This document shows positions 49,551 through 59,260 of a DNA stretch of 64,000 nucleotides, in pieces. A program made the translations under genes and the position numbers. The DNA comes from an uncultured Bacteroidota bacterium (GTDB taxonomy: Bacteria > Bacteroidota > Bacteroidia > JABEUT01). The notes beneath the pieces were generated by a model. That model was not told the origin of the DNA. It saw only the letters and a list, made by a program, of their open reading frames with translations, and did no database searches. Numbering within the stretch: position 1 is the first letter of the stretch; each line of letters starts with the position of its first letter. The stretch lies in contig CAIPDV010000042.1 in NCBI GenBank assembly GCA_903863935.1, forward strand, positions 68,869 to 132,868, given 5' to 3'.

Positions 49551-50624
49551 GTGAGCTCCGACCACCCGATAAACGCCAAGGAAATTAATAATATCCCAAT
49601 GTTATTTATTTTAGGCAATGCGCGCTCTGGCACTACACTTCTACAGGTATTGCTTGATGCACATCCGGAAATAGTCGGAAGCCCTGAATCGAAATTTGCA
49701 GTCTTATTTTACCCAAGATATAAGCATATAAAAAAGTGGAAAGAATCTGATATCATTGATTTTGTAGAGCATTTATATAAGGAACCATTGTTTGTTCAGT
49801 TATGGCATTTGGATAAGGAAAAACTAAAAAAAGAGTTATTGAAAGTGAAGGAAAATGCCACCTATTCTTTGCTTTGCAAAATGGTGTACTATCAAATGCG
49901 AAATGGGAAAAATAATCCGTTGTATCTTTCTGATAAGAACCCTGAATACACTCTTTATATTGATACAATTTTAAAAATGTTTCCGGAGGCAAAGTTTATA
50001 CATATCATTCGGGAACCGAGGGATACGATTTACAGCCAGATGATTTCCTTCAAAGAAAAGAATTCCAAATTCAAAGCCTTTAAATGGTTAGCATTTAATA
50101 CAATTGTAGAGGGAAAAAAGAAAAAAGATCCGGAGCGATATTTTACACTGCTTTATGAAAACCTGGTGAATGATACGGAAGCAACCATGAAAGATTTATC
50201 ATCCTTTTTAAACATTCCATTTTCAGCCTCAATGGCTCAAAACAAAAGCCCTGAGTGGTTAAATGCTCATCTGGAAAAAAATGTGCTCACCGAAAATGCA
50301 AAACCATTTTATGCAAATCTTCTGAAACCAATTAACCCTTCTAAAATCGGGAATTGGAAAAACCACATGGATGTTTATGATCAGACATTAGCGGAGATAA
50401 TTACCGGAGATTTTGCTCACAAAATGTATGGGTATGAAATTGACAGCAACCATAAAAACAAACCGGTAAAAATTTCTGCATACTCGCTGTTTAAAGGCAA
50501 TTGCCTTTACTTTTTCTGGCAAATGTTTAAGCAGGTAAAGGTCAAATCTACCCGCCTGAATTTGTTATATGCCAGGTTCCGAATCATGCTCAATCCGAAT
50601 GTTCGAATTTCGAAGTTTTTCTGA
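49551..50624 (+). CDS. PAPS-dependent sulfotransferase, ST4
   Basis: GNARSGTTLL and IREPRDTI. Confidence 0.8.
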   Translation: MSSDHPINAKEINNIPMLFILGNARSGTTLLQVLLDAHPEIVGSPESKFAVLFYPRYKHIKKWKESDIIDFVEHLYKEPLFVQLWHLDKEKLKKELLKVKENATYSLLCKMVYYQMRNGKNNPLYLSDKNPEYTLYIDTILKMFPEAKFIHIIREPRDTIYSQMISFKEKNSKFKAFKWLAFNTIVEGKKKKDPERYFTLLYENLVNDTEATMKDLSSFLNIPFSASMAQNKSPEWLNAHLEKNVLTENAKPFYANLLKPINPSKIGNWKNHMDVYDQTLAEIITGDFAHKMYGYEIDSNHKNKPVKISAYSLFKGNCLYFFWQMFKQVKVKSTRLNLLYARFRIMLNPNVRISKFF

Positions 50625-50664
50625 TAAAGTTCCTTCCGATATCGAATAATAAGTTCTGAATTAT

Positions 50665-51726
50665 ATGAATAATCCCGGGTTAAGAGAAATAGAAGAGATA
50701 AGGAAGATACCCATGCTTCTAATATTCGGGAAAGGTCGTTCTGGTACTACATTATTACAATCTGTGCTTAATGCTCATCCGAGCGTTGTAGCTCCACCCG
50801 AATCTAAATTTATGATGGTGCTTTATCCCAAGTTCAGAAGCATAAAAAAATGGAGCGAAAAGGATGCATTAAGTTTTGTTGAAGAAGTATTCAATTTTCC
50901 GACTTTCAACAACCGCTGGCACATGGATAAAGAAGTTGTAACTTCCTATATTATGGCTGCAAGGGAACAACTTGATTATGCACTGGCCTGCAAAATTATC
51001 TATTATATATGGGGAGAAAAAAGAACCGTACTTTATTTATCAGATAAAAATCCGGATTATTATCTATTCACTAAAAAACTATTCAAACTTTATCCCGAAG
51101 TAAAATTCATACATCTGGTTAGAGAACCAAGAGATAATGCGCTGAGTACATTTAAGGCATTCGAGAGCAAAAGCCCATTCTACGCAGCATTTAAATGGGT
51201 TGCAGTAAATTCCATTATGGATAAGCTGGTAAAGAAAATGCCCGGGAAAGGAATTACAGTTTTTTATGAAAACATGGTGGAGAATCCCGAGGCCTTTTTT
51301 AAAAATATCTGTGGCTTTCTGGATATACCTTATGTGCCTGAAATGCTAAACCGCGATATGCCTGAAAAGTTCTACAAAGACAAAACGGTAATGGAAGCAA
51401 TTTTAAAAAAGCAGAATAAACTTTTCACCCCTATCACTCCATCTTCAGTTGGGAAATGGAAAACCGATTTAAAGCCATTCGCCATTGCAGTTACTGAGAA
51501 AATTACGGGGAAATATGCATTAGAAAACTATAAATACACAGTAGGTTCTGAAGAAGGAAAAAATGTTTCAGTAAGCTATTTTAAGATTCTAAAGGGAAGC
51601 TGTATTTATTACGGATGGCAAGCATTTACTCGCTTCCGCTATACATCCTTCAGATTAAATAAAACATATTCATGGTTGAGGCGAAAACTAAGCGGGGGCA
51701 AGCTATTGCCCTGGCAATATTACTAA
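50665..51726 (+). CDS. PAPS-dependent sulfotransferase, ST5
   Basis: GKGRSGTTLL and VREPRDNAL. Confidence 0.8.
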   Translation: MNNPGLREIEEIRKIPMLLIFGKGRSGTTLLQSVLNAHPSVVAPPESKFMMVLYPKFRSIKKWSEKDALSFVEEVFNFPTFNNRWHMDKEVVTSYIMAAREQLDYALACKIIYYIWGEKRTVLYLSDKNPDYYLFTKKLFKLYPEVKFIHLVREPRDNALSTFKAFESKSPFYAAFKWVAVNSIMDKLVKKMPGKGITVFYENMVENPEAFFKNICGFLDIPYVPEMLNRDMPEKFYKDKTVMEAILKKQNKLFTPITPSSVGKWKTDLKPFAIAVTEKITGKYALENYKYTVGSEEGKNVSVSYFKILKGSCIYYGWQAFTRFRYTSFRLNKTYSWLRRKLSGGKLLPWQYY

Positions 51727-52910
51727 GCAGTTTTTGCAACTCTGAATCGCTTGCCGAAAGAAAGAAGCCTTTTCTCGAATAATTGATAAGATACTGCCGC
51801 TATGCCAATTGTTGAGAGTATTGTAGTCAAATAGTAAATCAAATTCATTTGCCACCCGGCTATTTGCCTGCCAGCTATTTTTTCAATTAATTCCATAGCC
51901 AAAATCCTCATGATTGGGCTATACATATAGAGCCCATACGATATTTTCCCCAGATAATTCATCCATGGGAAATCAAGTTTAATAATGGATTTAGGATTAG
52001 CAGCAAGGTTAACAATAATGCACATAAAGAGAACAGAATACCATTCGTAATTCATACTGGGAAAGCTTTCCCGGCCAATGGCTCGTAACCCAATTCTTGA
52101 AAACAACAGACCAAGAGTTAAAAGGTATATCCCAAACTGTACATCTCTCCTGAATAAAAAAGAAAGCACTTTTTTATTTTCCGTAATTACCAAATACGCG
52201 CCTATTCCTCCAATAGCCATGCTGCTTATGCGGTATTGCACAGACATGCTTCGCAAGAACTTGAAAATATTTTCACTGGCCAACGAACCATTAAATAATG
52301 GCTCACATAGGAGCACTGCATTGCGGAGCAATATAATTCCCGCAATAATCAGTATGAACAATTTTAAATAATTCTTTGCCCTTTTTAAAAATAAAGGCCA
52401 GCACAAATAAAATACTTCTTCTACCCCGATTGACCATATAGGGCCAATCGTTTGCGGAAGTCCGGTAGCAGTCCTCACGATTGGGCTTAAGAACAAAATA
52501 CAACCGATAAAATACAGCCAAAAATGTTTATAAATATGAAATGAATACGCGGTACTGAAATAGGCATCTAAATGTGGCAACACAAAAAAACCTAAAATGA
52601 CAATTAAAAAGTAAAGGGGCCAAATACGTAATGTTCTGCGTAAATAAAATGCCTTAAGGTCAATAGTATTTGTTTTCTTCTTTTCCTGAAGCAACAGGAA
52701 TGTTATCAGAAAACCACTGAGCACAAAGAATAATGTCACGTCCATTTCTCCCGTAGGATGGAAATAGCGGATCCATGGAATCACCTCCCGGCCATGCTTG
52801 AATTTAATGTCCTCAATATGAAGAATGATAATAATGAGCGAGCCTACGAACCTCAATCCGTCCAGATTTGGGAAGTATTTCCGTTGATTTGGACTGAGAT
52901 CTTTTTCCAC
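51723..52910 (-). CDS. Acyltransferase family 3 membrane O-acyltransferase, copy b
   Basis: YFPNLDGLRFVGSLIIIILH. Paralog of 40602..41738. Confidence 0.75.
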   Translation of the reverse strand: MEKDLSPNQRKYFPNLDGLRFVGSLIIIILHIEDIKFKHGREVIPWIRYFHPTGEMDVTLFFVLSGFLITFLLLQEKKKTNTIDLKAFYLRRTLRIWPLYFLIVILGFFVLPHLDAYFSTAYSFHIYKHFWLYFIGCILFLSPIVRTATGLPQTIGPIWSIGVEEVFYLCWPLFLKRAKNYLKLFILIIAGIILLRNAVLLCEPLFNGSLASENIFKFLRSMSVQYRISSMAIGGIGAYLVITENKKVLSFLFRRDVQFGIYLLTLGLLFSRIGLRAIGRESFPSMNYEWYSVLFMCIIVNLAANPKSIIKLDFPWMNYLGKISYGLYMYSPIMRILAMELIEKIAGRQIAGWQMNLIYYLTTILSTIGIAAVSYQLFEKRLLSFGKRFRVAKTA

Positions 52911-52922
52911 TAAAATTAAGTC

Positions 52923-54014
52923 TTAAGCCGCGTTTGTTTTCAGGTTTTTTAACCTTTCTTTTTCTGCTTTCTCTTTCAGATAATCGTCTAGCTTTCCTGA
53001 TTCCGCAAGGTGTACAAGATTATTGTCCTTCTTAACCAATTTGTAGCTTTTCCAGATGGGAGGATGGAGGGCAAATAAATCTAAAAAGGTATATAACGGA
53101 GATATTTTGAAAGAGTAGAACGGTGCTACCCAACGGTACCCAACACCAATGGAGTCGGAACCATTTTTTACGGTATGCCAGTAAAATGGAGGGTTCCAGA
53201 ACACATCTCCCGGTTTAAGGCTAACGGATATCCCGTCAATATATTTATATAACTCATTCGGGGGACTGAAATCAGTATTGAAAGGATCGAAGGGCATATT
53301 ATTTTTGGCCCTGAAAGGCGCATTACGATAAATATTTCGTACCGGATCCGGGTCAATTATCGGAGTGTAATAATGGGAATATAAAACCCAGTTCTTTTCT
53401 CCGTAGGTCTGCACAAATAAATTTGGCGCATTAGCATTATGCAGATAAGAAACTGTTCCCTTCCCACCAATAAAAAGCTGAAAAGAATCAAAAAAAGTAA
53501 ACCCCTTTCTCCTCTCAAGAAGCCAGCTATAATCAAAGTCTTTAATGTGTTCCGGATGATGATCGAGCAATGGATAAAAACGATAGTACTTGCCACCTCC
53601 GCTCCGAATGTTATCAAGCACTTCGCCAAGGGTGGTGGTTTCGTAATTCTTCATATCCGATTGGTCAGTCACCATCATAATTTCATCTGAACCATGCAAC
53701 TCTTTAAAATAGTCGAGAGACCATTTCTTTACGCAATCCCATTCTTTTGCAGCACCCTCCATAACAACAGGAATGCCCTTCTTCACGTAGTGATTAAAAA
53801 ATTCTTCCTTACTTAGATTAGTTCTTCTATCAATTGGAAATATCTTCCCTTCCCCACTCTTTTTGAGGGTTTCAAGCAGATTACGGTAGAATTTTTTACG
53901 GCGTTTCCCAAGAAGTTTAAATACCCTTGCCCTACCAACAAATTGATCAAGGATTTGATATATCCCATATTCAATTCGTTGACCTGCTTTTATATTTCTT
54001 CTGAAATCGCCCAT
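52923..54014 (-). CDS. Cupin-like/JmjC-domain protein (putative Fe/2OG hydroxylase), copy a
   Basis: 363 aa. Cupin_8/JmjC-like architecture (…VVMEGAAKEWDCVKKW… FYWHTVKN…). It is a tandem paralog of 54054..55127, with about 65-70% identity by eye. Confidence 0.5.
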   Translation of the reverse strand: MGDFRRNIKAGQRIEYGIYQILDQFVGRARVFKLLGKRRKKFYRNLLETLKKSGEGKIFPIDRRTNLSKEEFFNHYVKKGIPVVMEGAAKEWDCVKKWSLDYFKELHGSDEIMMVTDQSDMKNYETTTLGEVLDNIRSGGGKYYRFYPLLDHHPEHIKDFDYSWLLERRKGFTFFDSFQLFIGGKGTVSYLHNANAPNLFVQTYGEKNWVLYSHYYTPIIDPDPVRNIYRNAPFRAKNNMPFDPFNTDFSPPNELYKYIDGISVSLKPGDVFWNPPFYWHTVKNGSDSIGVGYRWVAPFYSFKISPLYTFLDLFALHPPIWKSYKLVKKDNNLVHLAESGKLDDYLKEKAEKERLKNLKTNAA

Positions 54015-54053
54015 TAATACCTAATTAATACTGACAAATATAAAATAATTCCA

Positions 54054-55127
54054 TTAAGATTTTTGTGCGGCTTCTTGCTCAGCTTTATCTTTCAAATATT
54101 TGTCCAAATTACCATATTCCGCTAAATGTACAAGGTTTATATCCTTTTTATACAGTGAATATGACTTCCAAAATGGAGGATTGGTGGCCAGCATATCCAG
54201 GAACATATATAGCGGAGCTATTTTGAATGAATATAATGGCGGCAGCCAGCGATAACCGACCCCAATTGAGTCAGTATTGTTCCTGACACAATGCCAATAA
54301 AATGGAGGATTCCAAAGAACATCACCGGGATGAAGATGTACAGAAAGCCCATCAATATATTTATAAAGAGAGTAAGGTTTTTCATAGTCCGGATTAAATG
54401 GGTCGAATTGCCCTATATCATTTCTCTTAGGCCCATTACGGTAAACATTGCGAACTGGATCGGGGTCAATTATCATCGTATGATATTGCGAGTATAAAAT
54501 CCATTCCTTTTCTCCATAGACCTGAACAAAGAGATTGCATTGGTTCGCGTTATGCAAATCGGTTACAGAGCCTTTCCCCCCAATAAATACCTGGAATGCT
54601 TCAAACCATGTCCTTGGGTTTCTGCGTTCGCGCAACCATTTATAATCGAAATCTTTTAAATGCTCCGGATGCCTGTCCAGCAATGGATAGAAACGATAGT
54701 ATTTGCTGCCACCCGAACGGATATTATCGATAACATTTCCCAATGTTGTCTCTTCGTAAGGATAGCCCGGTTTATCTACTTCAACCCTAACAATCTTATC
54801 ATCTCCATGAAGGTCTTTAAAGTATTCTAGCGACCATTTTTTAACACAATCCCAATCTTTTGCTGCACCTTCCAAAACTACGGGAATACCTTTTTTAACG
54901 TATTCGTTGATAAACTCCTCTTTGCTTAAATTGGCTCTCCTCTGAATAGGTATTATTTTCCCTTCTCCACTCTTTTTAAGTGTTTCCGTAAGGTTTTTGT
55001 AAAATTTCTTCCTTCGCTTCCCAAGGAGTTTAAATACCCTTTTCCTTCCAATAAATTGGTCTAATATCTGATAAAACCCATACTCAATACGCTGACTTGT
55101 TTTAATATTTCTCCTGAAATCCCCCAT
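54054..55127 (-). CDS. Cupin-like/JmjC-domain protein (putative Fe/2OG hydroxylase), copy b
   Basis: 357 aa. Begins MGDFRRNIKTSQRIEYG..., nearly identical to the N-terminus of copy a. Confidence 0.5.
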   Translation of the reverse strand: MGDFRRNIKTSQRIEYGFYQILDQFIGRKRVFKLLGKRRKKFYKNLTETLKKSGEGKIIPIQRRANLSKEEFINEYVKKGIPVVLEGAAKDWDCVKKWSLEYFKDLHGDDKIVRVEVDKPGYPYEETTLGNVIDNIRSGGSKYYRFYPLLDRHPEHLKDFDYKWLRERRNPRTWFEAFQVFIGGKGSVTDLHNANQCNLFVQVYGEKEWILYSQYHTMIIDPDPVRNVYRNGPKRNDIGQFDPFNPDYEKPYSLYKYIDGLSVHLHPGDVLWNPPFYWHCVRNNTDSIGVGYRWLPPLYSFKIAPLYMFLDMLATNPPFWKSYSLYKKDINLVHLAEYGNLDKYLKDKAEQEAAQKS

Positions 55128-55248
55128 TTGAACAGCATTTATAAATACAAATGTAAAATAAAAACATAATTTATCACGTTAGTAGCCAAAAGCCTACCTT
55201 TTAAGCTGTGTATGGAAAATATTAACTTTGTGAAAATTACGTAAACAA

Positions 55249-56250
55249 TTGGGCGCTTATATTAAAGCTGTGAGTTATTATATGCCTGAAAAGGTTCTTA
55301 CCAATGAGGAATTATCGGTCATATTTCCTGAATTCAGTACCGATGAAATATTCAGAAGATCGGGAGTAAGAACACGTCATATTTCTGCTGAACATGAACT
55401 TGCTTCAGATATGGCTGTTGTTGCAGCGGAAAAATTGTTTTCGGAAAGTAGCATTCAAAAAAACGAGATAGGCTTTACTCTTTTTTGTGCTGAAATTTTA
55501 GATAGAACCGCACCTGCAACAGCTTGTATTTTGCAAAACAGAATCGGGCTTCCTAAACAATCTGGTGCAATGGACATCCCCATGGGATGTTCAGGCTTTA
55601 TGTATGGGTTATTATTAGCAAAATCTTTGGTTTGCAGCAATGCAGTCGACAACGTTCTTTTACTCACCGGGGAATGTGAAACCAAAACAATACACCCGGC
55701 TGACCATGAACTGCGTATGATTTTCGGAGATGGCATGGCAGCAACCATTATTAGCCGTAATGAAGATAATTCGATTGGTGATTTTGTAATTGGAACAGAT
55801 GGTAGTGGTTGGGAAAATTTAGCAGTAAGAGGCTGCAATGCCAGAGAATTAGCTAGCGTAGAGTGGCTAAAAGAAAATGAGAGTGCAGGTGGTATGCCTT
55901 ATGGAAGGCTTACTATGAATGGAACAGAAATACTTAATTTCACCCTGAAAAACGTGCCAAAAATGGTGAACGAAGTATTGGAAAAAGAGAAACTGACAAT
56001 GGACAATATCGACCTGGTTATTTTTCACCAGGCAAGTGGGTTTATGTTGGAAGTATTGAGAAGAAAAATGAAAATACCTAAAGAAAAATTCTTTACCAAT
56101 ATTGCAGAAAAAGCGAATACCGTTTCAGCAACTATACCCATCGCATTGCGCGATGCAATGGATGCAGGCCTTGTTAAAAAAGGGAATAAAGTTTTGCTCG
56201 CAGGCTTCGGTATTGGTTATTCATGGGGTGCTACAGTTATTACAATTTAA
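55249..56250 (+). CDS. 3-oxoacyl-ACP synthase III family (FabH-like KAS III), copy a
   Basis: Active-site Cys in MGCSGFMYGL. His and Asn regions are present (IFHQASGFM; N-T-x-S-A-T). Confidence 0.8.
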   Translation: MGAYIKAVSYYMPEKVLTNEELSVIFPEFSTDEIFRRSGVRTRHISAEHELASDMAVVAAEKLFSESSIQKNEIGFTLFCAEILDRTAPATACILQNRIGLPKQSGAMDIPMGCSGFMYGLLLAKSLVCSNAVDNVLLLTGECETKTIHPADHELRMIFGDGMAATIISRNEDNSIGDFVIGTDGSGWENLAVRGCNARELASVEWLKENESAGGMPYGRLTMNGTEILNFTLKNVPKMVNEVLEKEKLTMDNIDLVIFHQASGFMLEVLRRKMKIPKEKFFTNIAEKANTVSATIPIALRDAMDAGLVKKGNKVLLAGFGIGYSWGATVITI

Positions 56251-56261
56251 TAAGAAGATAT

Positions 56262-56504
56262 ATGGGGATAGAAGATCTACTAAAACAATTACAAGCAGAA
56301 TTTGAAGATATTCCTGCAGGAACTTTAAAACCCGAAACTAAAATTTCTGATATTGAAGGCTGGGGTTCCATGCACGCATTGATAGTTATTGCGCTTGCCG
56401 ATACCGAATATGGCGTTACGATAAAAGGTGATGAACTCCGCAAAGTACAATCGGTTCAGGAATTATATGATTTGATAATTGAAAAACAAAAAAATCCGGA
56501 GTAA
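56262..56504 (+). CDS. Acyl carrier protein (about 80 aa)
   Basis: A helical protein of about 80 aa with a putative phosphopantetheine Ser in DIEGWGSMHAL. The ATG at 56262 avoids overlapping the FabH gene. The ORF-track start at 56223 is rejected. Confidence 0.6.
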   Translation: MGIEDLLKQLQAEFEDIPAGTLKPETKISDIEGWGSMHALIVIALADTEYGVTIKGDELRKVQSVQELYDLIIEKQKNPE

Positions 56505-56510
56505 GTAAGT

Positions 56511-57566
56511 ATGGCATTTTTCTCGGTTGAAAATATTCGCATTAAAGGTATTGGCGCAGCCGTTCCTAAGAAAGAAATTTCTAATTGGGATTATACCTAC
56601 ATTTCAGAGTCGGACAGAAAGCTACTAATAAAAACAACAGGTGTTGAGAAGCGCAGATCTATTGGTGATAGCGGAGTAACTGAAACCGACCTTGCCAAAG
56701 CGGCTGCCGAAAAATTACTTATTGAAACCGACACACTTAAAGACGAAATTGAAATTTTAGTTTTTGTTTCTCAAACTCCCGATTACTTTTTACCTGCCAG
56801 TAGTATATTGTTGCAAAACCGATTGGGGCTAAAAAAGAGCTGCATGGCTTTTGATATTAACCTTGGGTGCTCCGGATATGTATACGGACTCTCTGCTATC
56901 AGTTCAATAATGAGCAGTGGCAAGTTCAAAAAAGGTCTTTTATTAGCAGGCGACACGTCTACCATTGGAACACCCTGGGAAGATAAAAGTGTTTATCCTT
57001 TGTTTGGAGATTCAGGCACTGCTACTTTGCTTGAATATGATGAAACAGCCGGAAAAACTACCTTCAGCCTGAATTCGGATGGTTCCGGATATGAGGCTAT
57101 TATTGTGCGAGACGGGGGGACAAGAAGCCCCTATACCAAGGAATCGTTTGAAATAAAAGAAAGAAATCAGGGAGTACTTCGTGCTGACCGCAACCTGGAA
57201 CTAAACGGGATGGAAGTGTTCAATTTTTCAGTAACTGTGGTACCAAAACACCTTGATGAATTTTTACAGAAGACTATTACAACTCCTGATTCATACGATT
57301 TTTTTGTAATGCACCAGGCCAATTTGCTTATGAATGAAACCATCCGGAAAAAATTAAAATTTCCTCCCGAGAAAGTCCCTTATTCCATACAAAAATTTGG
57401 TAATACAAGTTCGGGGTCCATTCCTCTAACCATAGTTTCTGAATTGAAAGATAAGGTTGCAGGTGAAAAAAATTTCCTGATGTCAGGCTTTGGAGTTGGC
57501 TTGTCATGGGCCACTGTTTCTCTGAAAACTAATAACTTAATTTGCACCGATATTGTTGAAATATAA
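56511..57566 (+). CDS. 3-oxoacyl-ACP synthase III family (FabH-like), copy b
   Basis: NLGCSGYVYGL active-site Cys, FVMHQANL His region, NTSSGS Asn region. Confidence 0.75.
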   Translation: MAFFSVENIRIKGIGAAVPKKEISNWDYTYISESDRKLLIKTTGVEKRRSIGDSGVTETDLAKAAAEKLLIETDTLKDEIEILVFVSQTPDYFLPASSILLQNRLGLKKSCMAFDINLGCSGYVYGLSAISSIMSSGKFKKGLLLAGDTSTIGTPWEDKSVYPLFGDSGTATLLEYDETAGKTTFSLNSDGSGYEAIIVRDGGTRSPYTKESFEIKERNQGVLRADRNLELNGMEVFNFSVTVVPKHLDEFLQKTITTPDSYDFFVMHQANLLMNETIRKKLKFPPEKVPYSIQKFGNTSSGSIPLTIVSELKDKVAGEKNFLMSGFGVGLSWATVSLKTNNLICTDIVEI

Positions 57567-57568
57567 GA

Positions 57569-58318
57569 ATGACTACGCCGTTTCATCTAACCAATAAAAC
57601 TATATTTATTACCGGTGCATCATCCGGCATTGGCAGGCAGATTGCCATTTCCTGTAGTGCAATGGGGGCAAAAGTTATTATCAGCGGGCGAGATGAAGAA
57701 AGGTTGAATGAAACCCTTGCATTACTTCAGGGAGAAGGGCATTCACAGTTTACTTCAGACTTGACAGATGAAAAACAACGCAATGATTTAATTGACCTGA
57801 TACCAGGTATTGATGGCTTTGTTCACTCTGCAGGAATAGTTCTTCCTGTTCCTGTTAAATTCATTGCAGAAAAACATTTGAGAAGCGTGATGGGAATTAA
57901 TTTTGAGTCTGCAGTGCTTACAGTAGCAAGGCTTCTCAAAAATAAAAAGCTGAATGAAAAAGCTTCGTTGGTTTTCTTTTCTTCTGTTTCGGTAAATCAT
58001 CCGTATAGTGGAGGTTCATTGTATACCGCATCCAAAGGGGCCATTGAAGCATACAGTAAAAACCTAGCACTTGAGATCTATCAAAAGAAAATGCGTTCGA
58101 ATGTAATTGTCCCTGCAATGGTAAGAACCCCCTTATATGAGGAAACCATTAACCAGGGCATGTACAGAAATGTTGAAGAATATGAAAGCAAATATCCCCT
58201 TGGAATAGGAAGACCCGAAGATGTTGCAAATGCGGCGGTGTACCTGCTTTCAGATGCATCGTGCTGGGTGACCGGAACAAATTTATTACTGGATGGTGGA
58301 TTTACAATTGGCAAATAA
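57569..58318 (+). CDS. SDR-family oxidoreductase (FabG-like 3-oxoacyl reductase)
   Basis: TGASSGIGRQIA Rossmann motif, YTASKGA catalytic YxxxK. 249 aa. Confidence 0.8.
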   Translation: MTTPFHLTNKTIFITGASSGIGRQIAISCSAMGAKVIISGRDEERLNETLALLQGEGHSQFTSDLTDEKQRNDLIDLIPGIDGFVHSAGIVLPVPVKFIAEKHLRSVMGINFESAVLTVARLLKNKKLNEKASLVFFSSVSVNHPYSGGSLYTASKGAIEAYSKNLALEIYQKKMRSNVIVPAMVRTPLYEETINQGMYRNVEEYESKYPLGIGRPEDVANAAVYLLSDASCWVTGTNLLLDGGFTIGK

Positions 58319-58329
58319 AAACTGTTGAA

Positions 58330-59259
58330 ATGGCTGAACAACCAAAAAAAATATCGATTGTAATTCCGGTTTATAATGCTTCTACAGTTTTGATAGAACT
58401 GCAAAAAAGGATTGACGGCGTTTTTAAAGAAATTAATATTCCTTACCAACTTGTTTTGGTAGATGATTGTTCCAGAGATGACAGTTGGAGCGTAATTAAG
58501 GAAATAAAAAGCCAATTTCCTGAAAACATTACCGCAATAAGGCTTGCCAAAAATTTCGGCCAGCATAATGCTATTGCATGCGGCTTTCATTATTGCTCCG
58601 GTGATTATATAATTACAATGGATGACGACCTTCAGCATCCGCCGGAAGAAATACCAAAGCTCATAAAAAAAGCTACTGAAAATGGTGCTGATGTAGTATA
58701 TGGTATATCAGATAAATACAAAAGGTCTTTGCTTAGAAATACAACAAGCATAGTATTTAAAGTTACCACGAAATATACTTCTGCCAGCACAGGTAATGGC
58801 TCTCCATTCAGGATAATCAAGAAAAGTATTGTAAAAAAAATCATCACGCACAATCAGCAATTTGTTTTTATTGATGAACTTATTTCATGGTACACCAAAA
58901 ATATTGAATTTGTGGTGGTAGACCATAAAGCCTCCGGTCTTAAAGCCTCACGTTACTCTGGTTATAAATTGATGAACCTTTACTTTAATTTGGTGTTCGG
59001 GTACAATGCCCTGCCATTGCGATTAATAACTTATCTGGGTCTTATTGCATCCTTCATTTCATTTTTAGTAGGGCTTTTCTTTTTTATCAAAAAGATGTTT
59101 TTCAATGTCAGGGTAGGATTTACCGGTATAGTTGTGAGTATAACTTTTACAGCTGGTATAATTCTCCTTAGCATTGGCGTTATTGGCGAATACATGCGCA
59201 GAATGTATAACATTCTTAATGCTCAGCCGCAACATTCAATCGGCGAAATTTTAGAATAA
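58330..59259 (+). CDS. GT2 glycosyltransferase of the polyprenyl-phosphate sugar synthase type (ArnC/GtrB/DPM1-like) with two C-terminal TM helices, GT2-b
   Basis: ISIVIPVYNAS, VLVDDCSRDDS and ITMDDDLQHPP motifs, plus two C-terminal TM helices. ATG at 58330 (MAEQPKK) is chosen over the ORF-track start at 58261. Confidence 0.75.
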   Translation: MAEQPKKISIVIPVYNASTVLIELQKRIDGVFKEINIPYQLVLVDDCSRDDSWSVIKEIKSQFPENITAIRLAKNFGQHNAIACGFHYCSGDYIITMDDDLQHPPEEIPKLIKKATENGADVVYGISDKYKRSLLRNTTSIVFKVTTKYTSASTGNGSPFRIIKKSIVKKIITHNQQFVFIDELISWYTKNIEFVVVDHKASGLKASRYSGYKLMNLYFNLVFGYNALPLRLITYLGLIASFISFLVGLFFFIKKMFFNVRVGFTGIVVSITFTAGIILLSIGVIGEYMRRMYNILNAQPQHSIGEILE

Positions 59260-59260
59260 C

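Noticed and set aside
56223-56261. ACP ORF start at 56223 overlapping the upstream FabH gene by 28 bp
   Set aside because: An in-frame ATG at 56262 gives a typical ACP of about 80 aa (MGIEDLLKQLQ...) without overlap. The upstream 13 codons, MGCYSYYNLIRRY, are unlike ACP N-termini.
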